Assembly: GCA_043822105.1 (NCBI GenBank)
Contig: JBDRCD010000010.1
Span: 86,685-150,684 of the forward strand
Length of the DNA: 64,000 nt
Origin: an archaeon
Lineage (GTDB): Archaea; Nanobdellota; Nanobdellia; Woesearchaeales; GCA-2686295
Direction of reading: 5' to 3'
The notes under the pieces: model-generated
What the model was told of the DNA's origin: nothing
The model's database searches: none
The model's input: only the letters and a program-made list of their open reading frames with translations
Program-made: the position numbers and the translations under genes
Shown here: positions 61,400 through 64,000 of the stretch, piece after piece
Layout: each line of letters begins with the position of its first letter
Numbering within the stretch: position 1 is the stretch's first letter

Positions 61400-61957
61400 A
61401 TGTTAGATACTGGATTTCATTATATGAGCGAAAGAAGATGGAATGAATTAAATCATGATATAAATGATTCTAAAGTCATCAAACCTGGAAGAAGATTTGT
61501 GAGATTAAGAAGTATTGCAGATCCAGATATTCCTAAATTGCCAGATTGGGCACATGATGGTTATATTTTTGCATTTCCAGATAAAGAAGCACCAGAACCT
61601 TGGAAAGGATATGAACATTGGAAGGATGAATGGGACATTTTAACTGGAGATATTGGAGAAAAAATAGTGGGTGTAAGGTTTGAGATTCTTCCATCAGATG
61701 AGGCATATGTTGTAGATAGAGCACATCATGCAGATTTTCAATGGAAACACAATGGAGATAGACAAGATGCAATTAGAAAATATGCTTTATCAAGAGTTCC
61801 TGCAAGCGAATATGATGGAAGTTTTAGAATGCCAGAATTACTAATAAGAAATCCAATAGACTTAGAAAGATTAATACAACATAGTGCATTTACAAGAGAT
61901 ATAGTTAGAAATAATGGTGAATGGACTATCGAATATAAGCCCAGCCCTATAGACTAA
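61400..61957 (+). CDS. Hypothetical protein (cargo of module 1)
   Basis: ORF lies between sites A and B; start moved to ATG 61400. Confidence 0.65.
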   Translation: MLDTGFHYMSERRWNELNHDINDSKVIKPGRRFVRLRSIADPDIPKLPDWAHDGYIFAFPDKEAPEPWKGYEHWKDEWDILTGDIGEKIVGVRFEILPSDEAYVVDRAHHADFQWKHNGDRQDAIRKYALSRVPASEYDGSFRMPELLIRNPIDLERLIQHSAFTRDIVRNNGEWTIEYKPSPID

Positions 61958-61973
61958 TTAGGTCGTTTTCTGA

Positions 61974-62001
61974 ATTGAAACTAATCCTTGTTATATTCTT
62001 G
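61974..62001. repeat. dif/att-like site B
   Basis: ATTGAAACTAA-TCCTTG-TTATATTCTTG. Confidence 0.75.
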
Positions 62002-62089
62002 AGGCTTTTTTTTTAAGCCGAAACAAGAAACCGTAGGTTTCGCAGAGTAACGCCCAAGAGTTTGTAATTTTTTAACTCTAAAAGGCGTT

Positions 62090-62117
62090 ATTGAATATAA
62101 TCCTTGTTATATGAGGG
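62090..62117. repeat. dif/att-like site C
   Basis: ATTGAATATAA-TCCTTG-TTATATGAGGG. Confidence 0.75.
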
Positions 62118-62193
62118 TGAGCGAAGCGAAAGGCTACAAGCCGTCCCCGAGGATTTGCGAAACAAACCGCAGAGTTGAGAAAAGGCACTTAAA

Positions 62194-62421
62194 TTACTTA
62201 TTTTTTATTTCATATAATTTATTTCTTATAAATGAAAATCTGAATACACATAAGAAAAAAAACACAAATAAAAACCCTACCAAAACCAGCTTACTAATTA
62301 GAGTATTTCCAAATATTATTTCATTTATCTCGCTTGTAATTAATAATATACTTACAGTTATTCCTCCAATGAGTGAGAGATATAAATTCTTAGAATCTTC
62401 TGGGTCTAATGGCCATTTCAT
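62194..62421 (-). CDS. Small two-TM protein (cargo of module 3)
   Basis: ATGA overlap with the upstream lipoprotein gene. Confidence 0.6.
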   Translation of the reverse strand: MKWPLDPEDSKNLYLSLIGGITVSILLITSEINEIIFGNTLISKLVLVGFLFVFFFLCVFRFSFIRNKLYEIKNK

Positions 62422-62810
62422 TTTATTTGTAAACAATTAGATTTTATGAAATTACCTTCTTTATCAAATTCAACTGAATAACTAAGGTCTAATTTTTCTT
62501 TGATTGAACCATCCTGATTTAGAACAGTTTTATGTAATTTTGCACTATTTATTCCAGAAGAGTATCCACAGTAATAATGATCAGGAAATTCGCCTTGATT
62601 TGTACCCATTCTACATTTAGGAGTATTAAATTCAACTTTCCAATCAGCTATTTCTTTTGGCAATACTGCAAATGGAGATTGCATACTTGACCCTTCATTT
62701 AAAGTTGCATTTGTGATTGGACATTTAACATCATTGATTATACTAATGTCATTAACATTACATCCTGTTAGTAAAATCAAAAAAAAAATTAAAAGCATTA
62801 TTTTTTGCAT
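62418..62810 (-). CDS. Putative lipoprotein (cargo of module 3)
   Basis: LLTGC lipobox. Confidence 0.7.
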   Translation of the reverse strand: MQKIMLLIFFLILLTGCNVNDISIINDVKCPITNATLNEGSSMQSPFAVLPKEIADWKVEFNTPKCRMGTNQGEFPDHYYCGYSSGINSAKLHKTVLNQDGSIKEKLDLSYSVEFDKEGNFIKSNCLQIK

Positions 62811-62875
62811 AATTGTGATTTATAATGGATATTTAAATAATTATTGTTTTGTTAAGGCTTAAGTGCCTTTTCTCA

Positions 62876-62903
62876 ATTTCGTTTAACCCTTGTTATATTC
62901 TTG
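62876..62903. repeat. dif/att-like site D
   Basis: ATTTCGTTTAA-CCCTTG-TTATATTCTTG. Confidence 0.7.
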
Positions 62904-62992
62904 AGGCTTTTTTTTAAGCCGAAACAAGAAACCGTAGGTTTCGCAGAGTAACGCCATAAAAATTTCTAATTTTTAAATGAAATGTTGGCGTT

Positions 62993-63020
62993 ATTGAATA
63001 TAATTCCTGTTAGTTTCTTT
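62993..63020. repeat. dif/att-like site E
   Basis: ATTGAATATAA-TTCCTG-TTAGTTTCTTT. Confidence 0.75.
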
Positions 63021-63198
63021 GACCCTACAACGTGGGGTCAAATTTCGTCCGAAAAGTTTTTTCGGGGGCGTATTCCATCAAGCGAACACAGTGAGCCATC
63101 AAGAATAAACATCAAGGGGCAATTTTCAGTTCGTCGTTTCGTAGGGGGAAATTCCGAGTCCTATCGGACAGAGTGCTTTTTTCTGCGGAAAAAGAAAT

Positions 63199-64000
63199 TT
63201 ATAAAAATTCTTTCAAATATTTTCCTGTATAGCTTTTCTGGCATTTAATCAATTCTTCAGGAGTTCCTTCAAACAAGATTTCTCCACCCTTAGAACCTCC
63301 TTCAGGGCCTAAGTCTATAACCCAATCAGCATGTTTAACAACATCAAGGTTATGCTCAATTACAATTACAGTATTATCATTATCAACCAGATTTTTTATT
63401 ATTTTCATTAATTTGTCAATATCTGCCATATGCAAACCTGTTGTTGGCTCATCCATAACATATATATTTCCTTTTTTGTGTAGTTCAGATGCCAGTTTGA
63501 TTCTTTGGCATTCTCCACCAGACAATGTGCTTAATGGTTGTCCAAGTTCTAAATAATCCAGACCCACATCACATAAAATTTGTAGTTTTCTTTTAATTTC
63601 TTTATTCTCAAAAAAATCAACTAGCTCCTTAACAGTCAGGCTCAAAATATCAAAAATACTTTTTCCATTATACTTTAATGCTAAAACCTTTTCAGTATAT
63701 CTTTTTCCATTACATTCGTCACAAGTAACTTTGACTTCATCCATAAAACTCATTTCATAGCTTATTGTTCCGAGCCCCTTACATTTAGGACATGCTCCTT
63801 TTGAATTGAAACTAAACAGGGCAGGATTTGTGTTGGTTGCGTCAGCGAATTCTTTTCTTATTAAGTCGAAAACTCCTATATAAGTCGCTGGATTAGAACG
63901 GGAAGATTTTCCAACTGGAGATTGGTCTATAATAATTGCATCTTTATTCTCTTTTACAAAAATATCATTTATCAAACTACTTTTTCCTGAACCTGCAACT
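63199..64000 (-). CDS. UvrA-family ABC ATPase, C-terminal part (possibly UvrA2/DrrC-like)
   Basis: VAGSGKSSLI at the window edge, RSNPATY, CPKC...CDEC, LSGGECQR, DEPTTGLH and IEHN. Confidence 0.9.
   Translation of the reverse strand, partial: VAGSGKSSLINDIFVKENKDAIIIDQSPVGKSSRSNPATYIGVFDLIRKEFADATNTNPALFSFNSKGACPKCKGLGTISYEMSFMDEVKVTCDECNGKRYTEKVLALKYNGKSIFDILSLTVKELVDFFENKEIKRKLQILCDVGLDYLELGQPLSTLSGGECQRIKLASELHKKGNIYVMDEPTTGLHMADIDKLMKIIKNLVDNDNTVIVIEHNLDVVKHADWVIDLGPEGGSKGGEILFEGTPEELIKCQKSYTGKYLKEFL

Noticed and set aside
61196-63020. Single chromosomal dif terminus site
   Set aside because: Five variant sites within 1.9 kb with module-specific arms do not fit one dimer-resolution site, although one of them could be the native dif
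61986-63058. CRISPR array (repeats with ~30-nt variable inserts)
   Set aside because: The repeats are 50-70 nt, of two types, and separated by whole genes; there is no regular period and no cas gene in the window
59653-63142. IS or transposon defined by the 13-bp IR
   Set aside because: No transposase and no target-site duplication were found
62111-63248. Plus-strand ORFs 62111-62440 and 62982-63248
   Set aside because: They run through repeat scaffolds or antisense to better genes and have no protein-like features

Overview
AT-rich archaeal genomic DNA (code 11, TATA-type promoters). The gene set points to a DPANN archaeon, most likely Woesearchaeota-like: aIF5B, eS1, eS31, eL43, Rpo12, Pcc1, prefoldin beta, EF-1beta, Trm1, NucS, Nre, TopA, plus bacterial-type GyrB. 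Most of the window is housekeeping and hypothetical genes. Five features stand out. (1) A diversity-generating retroelement (7039-9995) with an adenine-mutated TR/VR pair, an internal VR, tandem GGA-loop hairpins, no visible avd gene, and an RT fused to a C-terminal HTH_40-like domain. (2) An array of gene modules at 61196-64000, separated by five 11-6-11 dif/attC-like sites. Each complete module has complementary ends and an inner inverted repeat enclosing its cargo, suggesting an undescribed cassette system. (3) A translationally coupled RelA/SpoT-type HD hydrolase and synthetase-like pair. (4) An unidentified ~270-nt structured RNA. (5) A tRNA-Pro with a non-canonical D-loop intron and a structured leader. 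All calls come from reading the sequence and motifs; no database searches were run.
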